Below, one piece after another: positions 9,324 to 19,702 of a DNA stretch of 64,000 nucleotides. A program made the position numbers and the translations under genes. The notes under the pieces were generated by a model. That model worked only from the letters and a program-made list of their open reading frames with translations. It searched no databases and was not told the DNA's origin. The DNA lies in contig JAZKFH010000009.1 in NCBI GenBank assembly GCA_040386535.1, positions 64,001 to 128,000 of the forward strand. The letters run 5' to 3'. Position 1 is the stretch's first letter. Each line of letters starts with the position of its first letter. This DNA is from Myxococcota bacterium. GTDB taxonomy: Bacteria > Myxococcota_A > UBA796 > SXON01.

Positions 9324-10517
9324 GTGGGCGTCCCCTATTGGCTCGACGGCGCCTCCTCCCTGGCGCCCCCCCTCGCGGGTGACATCACCGCGGACGTCGT
9401 GGTCATCGGCGCGGGGCTGTGTGGCGCCTCCGCGGCGCTGACGCTCGCGCGCGCCGGGATCGACACCGCGTGGGTTGATTCCGGAGCCGTGGCGCACGGC
9501 GCGTCCGGCCGGAACGCGGGCTTCCTCCTCCAGGGCACCGCCGAGCGGTACGTCCGCGCGATTGCCATCCATGGGCGGGAGCGCGCGCGGCGCGTCCATG
9601 CCCTCTCCCGGGAGAACCACCTCGCGATGACCGCCGAGATCGAGCGGCTCGGGCTCGCGTGCGGCTACATGCGCCGGGGATCGCTCCAGCTCGCCGGCAG
9701 CGTCGAGGAGGAGGGCGATCTGCTCGAGTCCGCCACACTCCTGCGAGAGGACGGTTTTCCGGCCGAGGAGCGCGGGCTGGACGCGCTCGGGTCCGCCCTC
9801 ACCGATGCCGGGTTCCGGCTCGGCGTACACCTCCCCGATGACGGCGAGCTGCAGCCTGCCGAGTTCGTACGCGGGGTCGCCCAGGCGGCCATGGCGCTCG
9901 GTGTCCGGCTGTACGAGCACACCCCCGTCACGACACTACACGCCGACGCCCCGGGAGACGTGCGCGCCGAGACCCCGTTCGGCACCATCCGCGCCCAGAT
10001 CGCCCTGGTGTGCACCAACGCGGCGGCGGGGCGCCTCCTGGCCGGGCTCGCCGGCACGATCGACCCCGTCCGGGGGCAGATGCTGGCCACGGCCCCTGCG
10101 CCCCCCCTCTTCGCGTGCCCAATCTACGCCGACCACGGCTACGACTACTGGCGGCAGGACGAACACGGGCGCATCGCGTTGGGCGGCTGGCGCAACCTCG
10201 ATCCCGAGGGCGAGGTCGGCGCGGACGAGCTGCTCCATCCGGTGATCCAGGCGCGCATGACCGAGTTCCTGCACCGCTTCGCCGCGCTTCGGGACGTGCC
10301 GGTCACGCATCGATGGAGCGGCACGATGGGGTTCTCGCGGGACGGCTTGCCGATGGTGGGCGCGGTCCCGGGCTCCCCCGGCGCCCTCGTGGCGGCCGGC
10401 TTCACGGGCCACGGGTTCGGGTTCGCGTGGGTGTGCGGGCGCGCGATCGCGGAGATGGTGACCGAGGGCCGCAGCGAGGTCGCCGAGCTCTTCCCGGCGC
10501 GCCGGTTCCGGGCCTGA
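9324..10517 (+). CDS. FAD-dependent oxidoreductase (DAO/PuuB-like)
   Basis: DVVVIGAGLCG, GASGRNAG, PVRGQM, WSGTMGFSRDGLPMVG and GFTGHG motifs. Confidence 0.9.
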   Translation: MGVPYWLDGASSLAPPLAGDITADVVVIGAGLCGASAALTLARAGIDTAWVDSGAVAHGASGRNAGFLLQGTAERYVRAIAIHGRERARRVHALSRENHLAMTAEIERLGLACGYMRRGSLQLAGSVEEEGDLLESATLLREDGFPAEERGLDALGSALTDAGFRLGVHLPDDGELQPAEFVRGVAQAAMALGVRLYEHTPVTTLHADAPGDVRAETPFGTIRAQIALVCTNAAAGRLLAGLAGTIDPVRGQMLATAPAPPLFACPIYADHGYDYWRQDEHGRIALGGWRNLDPEGEVGADELLHPVIQARMTEFLHRFAALRDVPVTHRWSGTMGFSRDGLPMVGAVPGSPGALVAAGFTGHGFGFAWVCGRAIAEMVTEGRSEVAELFPARRFRA

Positions 10518-10561
10518 AGCCTCCTCCCGACGCGCCGTACACCCTGCTGCGCGCGGGCAGC

Positions 10562-11596
10562 GTGCTCTCACGCGTCGCGGAGCTGTCCGGGCTCGTCCAT
10601 CGCCCCGTCGAGCGCGAGGTCGTCCCCGTCGTCACGCGTGGCGCAGCCGTCCCGCTCGATCCGGCCCTGCCGTTCACGGTCGTGTCGTGGAACATCCAGT
10701 ACGCGGGCACGCGGCGGCAGAAGTTCTTCTACGACGGCGGGGTCGCGGTCCACGTGCCCGAGGCGGACCGCGAGATCGGGCTCGCCGCCATCGCCGCGGA
10801 GCTCCGGGCGGCGAACGCGGACCTGGTCCTGCTCCAGGAGGTCGACCGTGACAGCGACCGCACCGGCCGTGTGGACGAGCTCGCCGCGGTGATCGACCGA
10901 GCGCCCTACGCCAACTTCGCGAGCGCCCCCTGCCACCGGAGCCGCTACGTCCCCGCCCCGAGCCACGCGCCGCTCGGACGCGTCGACATGCACGTCGCGC
11001 TGCTCGCGAGGTCGGCGCTCCGGTCGGCAGCCCGCGTCCAGCTTCCGCTCCTGCGCGAGCCTCGTTGGCGCCAGGCGTTCAACCTGAAGCGTTGCCTCCT
11101 GACTGCGCAGCTGCCGGTCGCTGGGTGGGAGCGCCCCCTCCACGTGGCCGTGACCCACCTCGCGGCGTTCTCGCGTGGCGACGGGACGCTCGCGCGCCAG
11201 GTCGCGGTCCTCGCCGAGTGGATGGAGGCGCGCGAGCAGGCAGGGGACCCCTTCGTGCTCGGGGGTGACCTCAACCTGCTGCCTCCCGGCGACGATCCGC
11301 GGCGGCTCGGCTGCGATGCCATCGAGTACGGGGACCATCCGAACCCCATCGAACGGCTCATCCCGCGCTTCCGAAGCGTCATCGAGCCGGCGCGTCTCCT
11401 CGAGCCCGGCAATGCGACCTATCTGCCGTGGGGAGCCGTCGTATCCGATAGGATGCTCGACTATGTCTTCGTGTCCGACGGTATCGAGGTCATCAAGGCC
11501 GGCCCCCTGACGCGCCCGGACCCGGTGTCCGACCACCATCCGCTCCGCGCGACGTTGCGCCTGGTCCGGCCTCCCGCCCGCGCAGGCGCGGGGTAG
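10562..11596 (+). CDS. Endonuclease/exonuclease/phosphatase (EEP) family protein
   Basis: SWNIQY, LLQEVD, THL, GGDLN, LDYVF and SDHHP catalytic motifs. Start uncertain (10514-10562). Confidence 0.88.
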   Translation: MLSRVAELSGLVHRPVEREVVPVVTRGAAVPLDPALPFTVVSWNIQYAGTRRQKFFYDGGVAVHVPEADREIGLAAIAAELRAANADLVLLQEVDRDSDRTGRVDELAAVIDRAPYANFASAPCHRSRYVPAPSHAPLGRVDMHVALLARSALRSAARVQLPLLREPRWRQAFNLKRCLLTAQLPVAGWERPLHVAVTHLAAFSRGDGTLARQVAVLAEWMEAREQAGDPFVLGGDLNLLPPGDDPRRLGCDAIEYGDHPNPIERLIPRFRSVIEPARLLEPGNATYLPWGAVVSDRMLDYVFVSDGIEVIKAGPLTRPDPVSDHHPLRATLRLVRPPARAGAG

Positions 11597-11719
11597 CCGA
11601 GCTCCCGGAACGCCGCCGTCTGCTCGTTTGTGCGATGTGGCCTTCGCCGAGGCCAAGCCGCTTCCCGTAGAGGTCCAGCCGAGGTAGCATAGGCCGAATC
11701 TCCTGCCCGGGAAGCGCTC

Positions 11720-14700
11720 ATGGCCCGTACCAAACAAGTCGCGAGAGACCGTCATCTTCCCCAGGCGGTCGGGCAGGAGGCGCCGGAACACGCGCAGGGT
11801 GGGAACCGTCGCAACGGCCCGTCGATGCCGCAAGCCGACGGTGGCGCGCTGACGGCGGGTGGCGCTCGTCGCATGGCTGGCGCCGCGGGCAACGCGTTCG
11901 CGGCGGACATGGTGGGTGGGAAGGGCGCCGCGCGTGGAGGCGCCTCGAAGAACGGCGGCATCCAGGTCAACGGCGAGGTCTCGGTAGGGACCGGCGGGCC
12001 GCAGGCATCGGCACAGATCTCGGGCGGGATCCAGGTCGGCGGCTTGCAGATCGGCGGGAACCTCCGCGTGGGCACCGGAGGCCGTGGCCCCGCTGCGCCG
12101 GCGATGAACGGCGGGGGCGCCGGTGCTCCGAACGGTCGCCCCGCGGCGGGCGGTGGCAACGGCGCGGCCGCGGCCCAGGGCGGCGGTGGGGACGACGTGG
12201 TGGCGGTCGGTGGCTTCCAGCTGAACGTGGCCACCTCCGGCGGAACGGGCGGCGGCACAGGTGGTGGTGGCGGCGCGGCGAACGGCGGTGGTGCGGCGAA
12301 CGGCGGCGGCACCGCGGGTGGTGGCGGCGCGGCAACGAACGGCGGGGGCACGGCGGGTGGCGGCACGGGCGCGCGGGGCGGACGTTCCGGCGCATCGGCC
12401 ACCGTGGGCGCATCTGCCACCGTCGGCACCGCGACCGTGGGCGTCTCTGCGACCGTGGCCACATCCAAGACCACGGGCACCACCGGCGCGGGCTCTACCG
12501 CGCGGGCGGGAACCGGCGGGTCGAGCGGCAACGCGGCCGGCGGGTCCCGCGCACCTCGGGGTGGCGCGACCGGTGGCAAGGGCGGGAAGGGCGGCGGCGC
12601 CCGCGCCGCGGGTGGTGGTGGTGGTGGCGGAAAGGCGGCACCGTCCGCGCCCGTCGCCGTCGGCAACACCGAGAGCGCGCAGGGCGCGATGAACGAGTTC
12701 CTGGGCGCCAGCCCGACCAAGCAGGCCAAGATGTGGTCGGGCGTCGGCGGCGCGGTCGACACCGGCATCCAGAAGGACGGCAAGGCGGTCCAGGACGCCG
12801 CGCCCGAGCTCCACGCCACCATGGGCGGCGGCGGCCAGGAGCAGGACGCCGACAAGACCAAGACCGAGGTGAAGGCCGGACAGGGCAAGATCGACGACAA
12901 GAAGCTCTCGCCCGACGCCCCGAAGGTCAAGGTCACCCCGACCGTCATCCCGCCCGCGCCCAAGGTCGACGGCGGCGCCGCGATGAAGGGCATGACCGCG
13001 GAGACCCCCGTCGCCGAGAAGAAGAAGGCGGCAAAGTCGACGATCCGGGCCATGTCCACCAACATGGACGGCATCCCGACCTCGGCGGGTGAGGCGCCGC
13101 GCGTCCAGCTCTCTGGGGACGCCGATCCCGCCAAGGCCGAGGCCAACCGCACGGACGCCGAGTCCCAGGCCCGCAAGGGCGGAGCCGACCTGCGTGCCGC
13201 CGTCGAGAACGGCCGCGGTCCCGACGCGGTGCAGCCCAAGGTGTTCGACGAGGCGAGCAAGATCCGCGATCTCGCGAAGGCCAAGGCCGACGCGAGCAAG
13301 CCCGTGAACGGCGTCGAGAAGTTCATGCAGATGGGCGTCCCGGCCGATGTCGACGCCGCGATCGACGAGAACCAGCAGGCGGTCATGGACACCGCTCTCG
13401 CCGAGGCCCGTGGCAAGATGGACGAGGCCGTCTCCACCAAGGACACGGATTCGAAGTCGGAGATCGAGAAGGCGAACACCGAAGCCGAGACGCTCCGCAC
13501 CCAGGCGGAGACCTCGCAGCAGTCCGAGGTGGCCAAGGCGCGCGGCGAGATCAGCGACGCGCGCGAAACCACGCTCAGCGAGCAGGAGAAGGCGGTCGCC
13601 AAGCTCGAGACCGACGCCGGCTCCAAGCAGAAGCAAGAGCTCGACGCCGTGCGGGCCCGCGTCACGCAGGACGAGGCCAAGATCGACAACGCCTACACCA
13701 AGGCGGAGACCGACGTCGACAAGAAGATCTCCGAGGGCGAGACCAAGGCCGAGGAGAAGAAGAAGAAGGCCGAGGAGGACGCTGACAACCAGTCCTGGTG
13801 GGACCGCGTCAAGTCCGCCGTGGCCGACGCGTTCAAGGCGCTGACCGACGCGATCAACGCCGTGCTCAACTGGGTGCGGGACGCGGTCAAGGCCATCCTC
13901 GACGGCGTGAAGAAGCTCGCGAGCGATCTGATCGACGCCGCGGCGAAGTGGGTCACCGACAAGCTCAAGGCCTTCGGCGACTGGCTCAAGTCCCAGGTCA
14001 CCGCGCTCCTCGGCTCCGTGTTCCCCGAGCTCGCGAAGAAGCTCAACGAGCTCATCGACAGCGCGGTCGAGTACGCGTGCGAGCAGGTCAACCAGTTCGC
14101 GGACGCGCTCAAGAAGGGCATCGCCGAGCTCTGCGACAAGATCGCCGGCGCGCTCGACGCGATCATCGCCCTCTACCAGTCGGCGGTGAACTTCGCGCTC
14201 GCGTTGGCCGAGGCCGCCCTGACCGGCAACTGGGCCAAGGTCGGCCAGATGGTGCTCGAGGGCATCCTCAAGCTCGCCGGCATCCCGCCGGAAGAGTTCT
14301 ACGCGATGGTCGGCAAGGGCGAGGACACCATCGGCAAGATCGCCGACGACCCGGGCGGGTTCCTCGGCAACTGCCTCGACGCGGTGGGCCAGGGCTTCGG
14401 CCAGTTCTCCGACAACTTCACCGACCATCTCCAGACCGGCTTCGTCTCCTGGATGACCGGCACCATGGGCGAGGCCGGCCTGACCATGCCGGAGTCGTTC
14501 GACCTGGCGGGCGTCTTCGACATCGCGACGCAGGTCATGGGTCTCACCAAGGACAACCTCCGCGAGAAGGCGGTCGACCGCATCGGCGAGGAGAACGTCG
14601 AGCGCGTCGAGTTCGTCTGGGGCTTCATCGACTCGGCGCTGCAGGGCGGGATGTCCGGCCTCTGGGACCACGTCAAGGACTCCCTCGGGAGCCTCAAGGA

Positions 14701-17700
14701 CGAGGTGATGGGCGCGATCCAGGACTTCTTGATGGAGAAGATCGTCAAGTCGGCCGTGATGAAGATCGCCTCGATGTTCAGCCCCGTGGGCGCCATCGTG
14801 CAGGCCATCCTGACCGCCTGGAACCTCTACGAGTTCCTGCGCGACCAGATCCAGCGCATCCTCGGCGTCGTCTCCGCCGTGATCAACTCCGTCTCCGACA
14901 TCGCCAACGGCAACATCGGCGGCGCCGCCGACATGATCGAGAACGCCCTCGGCAACCTCGTGCCTGTCGCCATCGATCTGCTCGCCAAGCTCCTCGGGAT
15001 CGGCGGCATCGGCGCCAAGGTCAAGGAGGTCATCGGCGGCATCCGCGCCAAGGTCGACGGCGCGATCGACAAGATGATCGACAAGGTCATCGGCCTGTTC
15101 TCGGGGAAGGGGAAGAAGGGCAAGGACGGCGAGGCCGACCAGGCCACGGATCCGGCAGCGGCCGACGACAAGGCTGCCGGCGAGAAGAAGGACGGCGGGG
15201 TCGCCAACGGCACCTTCGCCTTCGAGACACCCAAGCTCGTCGGTCGCGACGCCACGCTCGGCGCGGTGACCTACACCGTGACCGGCAGCGGCCGCGTCAA
15301 GAACGACAAGGGTGAGCTGGCCGAGTCCAACATCACGAGCGCGAAGTCCGAGGCGATGCAGTCGGTCACGTCCGCGGTCGGCAAGGCCGTCAACGCGACC
15401 GGCGTCACCAGCATCGCGGGCCAGCTCGGCGCGCTCTCCGACACGGCGAAGCTCTCCGCGAGCAAGGGCGTCGCGAACAGCGGCCTCTCGTTGGAGGCGC
15501 TCTCGATCACCGGGATCGTGTTGCCGCCCGACGTGCAGAAGGCGATCGACGCGAAGGGGGCGCAGAGCGTCGGCGTCGACGAGCCGATGACATTCACGGC
15601 CGCCGGGGAGACACACAAGTTGTGGGTCGACGGCGCGGGCACCCCCATGGTCGCATCCACCCCGATGACCGTGAAGGACCGCGTCGAGGGCTGGCGTGGC
15701 GTGCTCCGGACCAAGTCGGACGCGGAGAAGAAGGCCGCGGGCTCCGCCATCGGCCGCGCGATCGCCATCGAGCGCCAGGTCGCGAAGGTCGCCGGAGAGG
15801 TGACCGCCGGCACGAAGAAGAAAGAGGATCTCGACGCGAAGAAGGCTGAGCTCACGCCGGCGCTCGCCGAGCTGTTCAGCGTCCTGCCCGAGGAGATCAC
15901 CTCCCAGCCCAAGGAGATCGATCCGCTCCTGGCGAGCGCGCTCGGCGATCACCCCGACTCGGCGAAGGTCGCGGAGTACCTGAAGCCCGGGCTGACCGGC
16001 AAGACCGCGGACGAGATCGCCACCTACTTCAAGGGCTCGCCCGAGGCGATCCGGGCGGACGGGCGGAAGAAGTGGAAGGCGGCCGTCGGCCCGCAGCCCT
16101 TCGTGCACGCGATGGTCGACGTGTTCGGGGACGCCCAGGGCAAGCAGAAGCTGACCCAGGTCGACAACTACGAGGGCCGTTCGGATGCGGCGGGGCTCGG
16201 CGGCACGTTCTACGCCGCTCTCGCGGACGCCGCGTCGGACGGCAAGGCCCGCAACATGCTCTACCCGAACCCGATGCAGGCAGCAGCGAAGCCCCTCGCG
16301 TTGAAGGGCAAGGAGGTCGCGGTCTCCGGGTCACTCACCCGCGCGCACCCCCTCTCCGGCTGGTGGACCCACACCCTCGCGGACGACTACAAGACGCCCT
16401 ACCTCGCGGCCGAGGGCAACGACCAGAAGCGCGCCGAGAGCAAGTGGAAGGACGACTGTGTCCATGCCCGCCAACCCGAGATGGTCGGCCGCCTCAAGGG
16501 TGACATCCGGAGCGGCACCGGGGTCACCTGGTGGACCTCCGACGGTACCGGCATCGGCATCGTCAACAACCTCGCCGCGAGCGAGGCGGGCTTCGCCAAG
16601 ATCTGCCGGGTCGCGGCGCTGAAGCCGGACTGGTACCCCGAAGGCTTCATGGAGATCGACGTCCCGACCGCCGGGAGCAAGTTCACCAAGCCGACGCCGT
16701 ACGACGGCATGATGTCCGACCTGTGGGTCCAGTGCGAGAACGACTACTACGGCGTCACTGGCGGCGGCGCGATGGAGGTCGTCGCGGGCAACGTGTCGGC
16801 GAGCAAGGTCTCGGCGGTGCGGCCCCGCGCCATCTCGTCCGACTACGCCGCGGCGAACAAGGACATCGGCGCCAAGCAGCAGGTGCAGGGCACCGAGTCC
16901 GGCACCGTGCAGGACCAGTCGATCAGCGGCGTGAAGCCCGACGGCGTCGACACCTCGAACCCGACCAACCAGGGCGCCCTCGACCTGCGGACGGACGTGT
17001 TCTCCGACACGGCCAAGATGCAGAAGCAGTCCGAGCTGCAGAACGGGAACATCAGCCTCAAGTCGAAGTACGCCGTCGGCGCCGCGCCCGCGGGCTGGCG
17101 CGGCCAGGTGGTGAAGAGCGTCGCCTCGGCGACCGTCAACCCGGATGATCCGGGCCACACCTACCACATCCTCGAGGACGGCTCGGTCGTCTCCGAGTCC
17201 ACGCCCATGCTGGTGGACGCGGGCACCGCCGACAAGACGCGCAAGCGCAACGGGTTCACGCCCAAGACGAAGAAGAAGACGCCCGAGGAGGATCTCCGGG
17301 ACAGCGGGAAGCTGTCGTCCGAGGAGGTCGACGCGATGAAGGGCGCGCTGAAGAAGAACCCGGCCTCCCAGGAGGTCCTGCAGCCCGATGGGTCCAAGAA
17401 GCCCCAGGCGAAGCTCGAAACCGCGGACAAGCACGGCACGAAGATCACGTCGAACGACGAGAACGCGGACGGAACGAAGCGCGAACCGATGTCCGACAAG
17501 GAGAAGGACGCGCTGCTCAAGTGCCACGCCGTCCTCGCGGAGAAGAACAAGGCCGGGGCCGACATGCGCAAGGTCATCCCCAACTTCTCGCTCGGGAAGC
17601 AGCTCTCGGGCCAGAACCCCGGGCTCCGCGGCAGCGTGGGAGTCGCCCAGAACACGGACGGGCTGAACGCCGAGGAGAGCTGCGCGACGCTGGGTCTCGA

Positions 17701-19702
17701 CTACGAGCAGAAGACCCGCCACAAGGGCGCGCCCGGCTACGTCAACAAGAAGAAGAAGGAGTCGCTCTCCCCGTACGCCGACAAGGAGGCGAACGGCACC
17801 GCCACCTTGAGCGACGACGTCGAGCAGAACGGTCTGCACTTCATCGACTTCAAGATGACGCCGGACATGGAGAAGCACGCGGGCGTCGCGATGAGCCAAC
17901 ACCTGATCGACCACTCCACCAAGAGCAAGGACGCGTCCGTCGTGGCGCTCGGCGGCAAGGCCGTGCAGCAGGAGAAGGGGACACGGGTCGACCCCTTCGC
18001 GGGGACCGGGGCCACTTCCTCGAACACCATGGTCCAGAAGCACGGGGCGGGCGCGGGACAGCAGTTCGATGCGCGCCTGAACCAGGAGCTGAACCTCGAT
18101 CACACGCGCCTCGACTCCGGAAAGCAGGCCTTTGACCTCGATACCGGCGCGCAGATGAAGAAGCGCGGCAACAAGGCCGGCCAGGACAAGGTCATCGCTA
18201 CGCTGGTCGAGAAGGCCGACAAGGACGGCAAGATCGTCAAGGAGTGGTCGCTCGACGCCGGCCTCGAGAAGAACGAGCGCGGCCACTACAAGAACAAGAT
18301 GGACAAGGCGACGAGCGACGCGAAGGCGACGATGAAGGGCGCGGGCGAATCGCAGGACGACTACAAGAAGCGCATGGAGGCGCGGGATCAGAAGGTCGCC
18401 GACCAGCAGCAGAAGGACCTCGACGCCGCCGCCGCCAACGGCAACCCCTTCGAGCCCGGCACCCCCGAGTTCAAGTCCTACAACAAGAAGGCGCGCGCCA
18501 CGGCGAAGACCAAGTCGGACTCCGCCGAGGTGAAGCCCGTGGCCCCGAACGGCGACACGTCGAAGGACCCGAAGAAGGAAGCACCCGCTCCCACCGTTCA
18601 GGCCAAGGCGCCGGAAGTCGCAGCGGCGGAGACCGAGGCAAAGGCCAAGGTGGTCAAGGCCTCGTCCAAGTCCACGCCGGATCCGGTGGCCGCCTCCGAC
18701 GCCGCGGTCGAGACCGCCAAGAAGAACGACGCGAAGAACCCGGCCGAGGAGGTGGAGAAGATCCTCTCCCCCGCCGCCAAGGTCAAGCCGCCCAAGGAGT
18801 CCAAGCCCCCGAAGGACTTCCCCGAGCCGGCGAACGACGTGGTGCAGGACACCACCGCCAAGACCACCACGACGACCACCGACACCACCAAGAAGGCCGC
18901 CGCAAACCCAGGGCTCCGCAAGGAGCACGAGGGCACCGGCGTCGAGTACACGGAGATGAAGGGAGAGGTGTTCGTGAAGGGTGAAGGCGACGAAGCCGAC
19001 ATCGATCCGAACGACGTGAAGCAGGGCTCGCTCGGCGACTGCTACCTGCTCGGCGGCATGGCTGCCGTGTCCCGCGCCAACCCTGAGCACATCCGCAAGC
19101 TCATCAAGGACAACGGCGACGGCACGTACGACGTGACGCTGTACATCAAGAACAACAGCTGGGACAGCAAGGGCGCGGCCAAGGTGGTGACGGTCGACGG
19201 CAAGTTCCCCAGTGGCGACAAGGGCCTCTCCGCGAAGTACGCAAAGGCCGGGGACAAGGGCGCCAAGGGCCCGGAGCTGTGGTGCATGCTCATCGAGAAG
19301 GCCTGGGCCGTGCACAAGGGGACGTACACCGGGATCGAGGGCGGCCACGTCAACGATGACGGCAAGTTCGCCGGCGCCATCGCGCTCCTGACCAACCTGA
19401 AGGAGGGGTACTACACGCCCTCCTCCATCGGGGACAAGCAGCTCGCGCAGATGATCTCCGACGCGCTCACCAAGAAGATGCCGGTGGCGTGTGACTCGAA
19501 GAACCTCGACAAGGAGGCGCCGGATCTGAAGGCGGCGGCGGATGCGGCCGGGGTCGTCGGCAACCACGCCTACGCGCCCAAATCGGTGGACCTCGCGGGG
19601 CTGACGATCGAGCTGCAGAACCCCTGGGGCAGCTCCCACGTGTCCGGGCTCAAGATCGCGGACTTCAAGCGGTTCTACCGCGGCCTCCGGATCGGGTCCT
19701 GA
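11720..19702 (+). CDS. Giant (2660 aa) polymorphic-toxin-like protein with C-terminal calpain-type (C2) cysteine protease
   Basis: Gly-rich N-terminus, coiled-coil and tape-measure-like amphipathic core, several globular segments, then QGSLGDCYLL (Cys 19040-19042), GNHAY (His 19565-19567) and QNPWG (Asn 19619-19621). Strong GC3 codon bias throughout. Confidence 0.8.
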   Translation: MARTKQVARDRHLPQAVGQEAPEHAQGGNRRNGPSMPQADGGALTAGGARRMAGAAGNAFAADMVGGKGAARGGASKNGGIQVNGEVSVGTGGPQASAQISGGIQVGGLQIGGNLRVGTGGRGPAAPAMNGGGAGAPNGRPAAGGGNGAAAAQGGGGDDVVAVGGFQLNVATSGGTGGGTGGGGGAANGGGAANGGGTAGGGGAATNGGGTAGGGTGARGGRSGASATVGASATVGTATVGVSATVATSKTTGTTGAGSTARAGTGGSSGNAAGGSRAPRGGATGGKGGKGGGARAAGGGGGGGKAAPSAPVAVGNTESAQGAMNEFLGASPTKQAKMWSGVGGAVDTGIQKDGKAVQDAAPELHATMGGGGQEQDADKTKTEVKAGQGKIDDKKLSPDAPKVKVTPTVIPPAPKVDGGAAMKGMTAETPVAEKKKAAKSTIRAMSTNMDGIPTSAGEAPRVQLSGDADPAKAEANRTDAESQARKGGADLRAAVENGRGPDAVQPKVFDEASKIRDLAKAKADASKPVNGVEKFMQMGVPADVDAAIDENQQAVMDTALAEARGKMDEAVSTKDTDSKSEIEKANTEAETLRTQAETSQQSEVAKARGEISDARETTLSEQEKAVAKLETDAGSKQKQELDAVRARVTQDEAKIDNAYTKAETDVDKKISEGETKAEEKKKKAEEDADNQSWWDRVKSAVADAFKALTDAINAVLNWVRDAVKAILDGVKKLASDLIDAAAKWVTDKLKAFGDWLKSQVTALLGSVFPELAKKLNELIDSAVEYACEQVNQFADALKKGIAELCDKIAGALDAIIALYQSAVNFALALAEAALTGNWAKVGQMVLEGILKLAGIPPEEFYAMVGKGEDTIGKIADDPGGFLGNCLDAVGQGFGQFSDNFTDHLQTGFVSWMTGTMGEAGLTMPESFDLAGVFDIATQVMGLTKDNLREKAVDRIGEENVERVEFVWGFIDSALQGGMSGLWDHVKDSLGSLKDEVMGAIQDFLMEKIVKSAVMKIASMFSPVGAIVQAILTAWNLYEFLRDQIQRILGVVSAVINSVSDIANGNIGGAADMIENALGNLVPVAIDLLAKLLGIGGIGAKVKEVIGGIRAKVDGAIDKMIDKVIGLFSGKGKKGKDGEADQATDPAAADDKAAGEKKDGGVANGTFAFETPKLVGRDATLGAVTYTVTGSGRVKNDKGELAESNITSAKSEAMQSVTSAVGKAVNATGVTSIAGQLGALSDTAKLSASKGVANSGLSLEALSITGIVLPPDVQKAIDAKGAQSVGVDEPMTFTAAGETHKLWVDGAGTPMVASTPMTVKDRVEGWRGVLRTKSDAEKKAAGSAIGRAIAIERQVAKVAGEVTAGTKKKEDLDAKKAELTPALAELFSVLPEEITSQPKEIDPLLASALGDHPDSAKVAEYLKPGLTGKTADEIATYFKGSPEAIRADGRKKWKAAVGPQPFVHAMVDVFGDAQGKQKLTQVDNYEGRSDAAGLGGTFYAALADAASDGKARNMLYPNPMQAAAKPLALKGKEVAVSGSLTRAHPLSGWWTHTLADDYKTPYLAAEGNDQKRAESKWKDDCVHARQPEMVGRLKGDIRSGTGVTWWTSDGTGIGIVNNLAASEAGFAKICRVAALKPDWYPEGFMEIDVPTAGSKFTKPTPYDGMMSDLWVQCENDYYGVTGGGAMEVVAGNVSASKVSAVRPRAISSDYAAANKDIGAKQQVQGTESGTVQDQSISGVKPDGVDTSNPTNQGALDLRTDVFSDTAKMQKQSELQNGNISLKSKYAVGAAPAGWRGQVVKSVASATVNPDDPGHTYHILEDGSVVSESTPMLVDAGTADKTRKRNGFTPKTKKKTPEEDLRDSGKLSSEEVDAMKGALKKNPASQEVLQPDGSKKPQAKLETADKHGTKITSNDENADGTKREPMSDKEKDALLKCHAVLAEKNKAGADMRKVIPNFSLGKQLSGQNPGLRGSVGVAQNTDGLNAEESCATLGLDYEQKTRHKGAPGYVNKKKKESLSPYADKEANGTATLSDDVEQNGLHFIDFKMTPDMEKHAGVAMSQHLIDHSTKSKDASVVALGGKAVQQEKGTRVDPFAGTGATSSNTMVQKHGAGAGQQFDARLNQELNLDHTRLDSGKQAFDLDTGAQMKKRGNKAGQDKVIATLVEKADKDGKIVKEWSLDAGLEKNERGHYKNKMDKATSDAKATMKGAGESQDDYKKRMEARDQKVADQQQKDLDAAAANGNPFEPGTPEFKSYNKKARATAKTKSDSAEVKPVAPNGDTSKDPKKEAPAPTVQAKAPEVAAAETEAKAKVVKASSKSTPDPVAASDAAVETAKKNDAKNPAEEVEKILSPAAKVKPPKESKPPKDFPEPANDVVQDTTAKTTTTTTDTTKKAAANPGLRKEHEGTGVEYTEMKGEVFVKGEGDEADIDPNDVKQGSLGDCYLLGGMAAVSRANPEHIRKLIKDNGDGTYDVTLYIKNNSWDSKGAAKVVTVDGKFPSGDKGLSAKYAKAGDKGAKGPELWCMLIEKAWAVHKGTYTGIEGGHVNDDGKFAGAIALLTNLKEGYYTPSSIGDKQLAQMISDALTKKMPVACDSKNLDKEAPDLKAAADAAGVVGNHAYAPKSVDLAGLTIELQNPWGSSHVSGLKIADFKRFYRGLRIGS

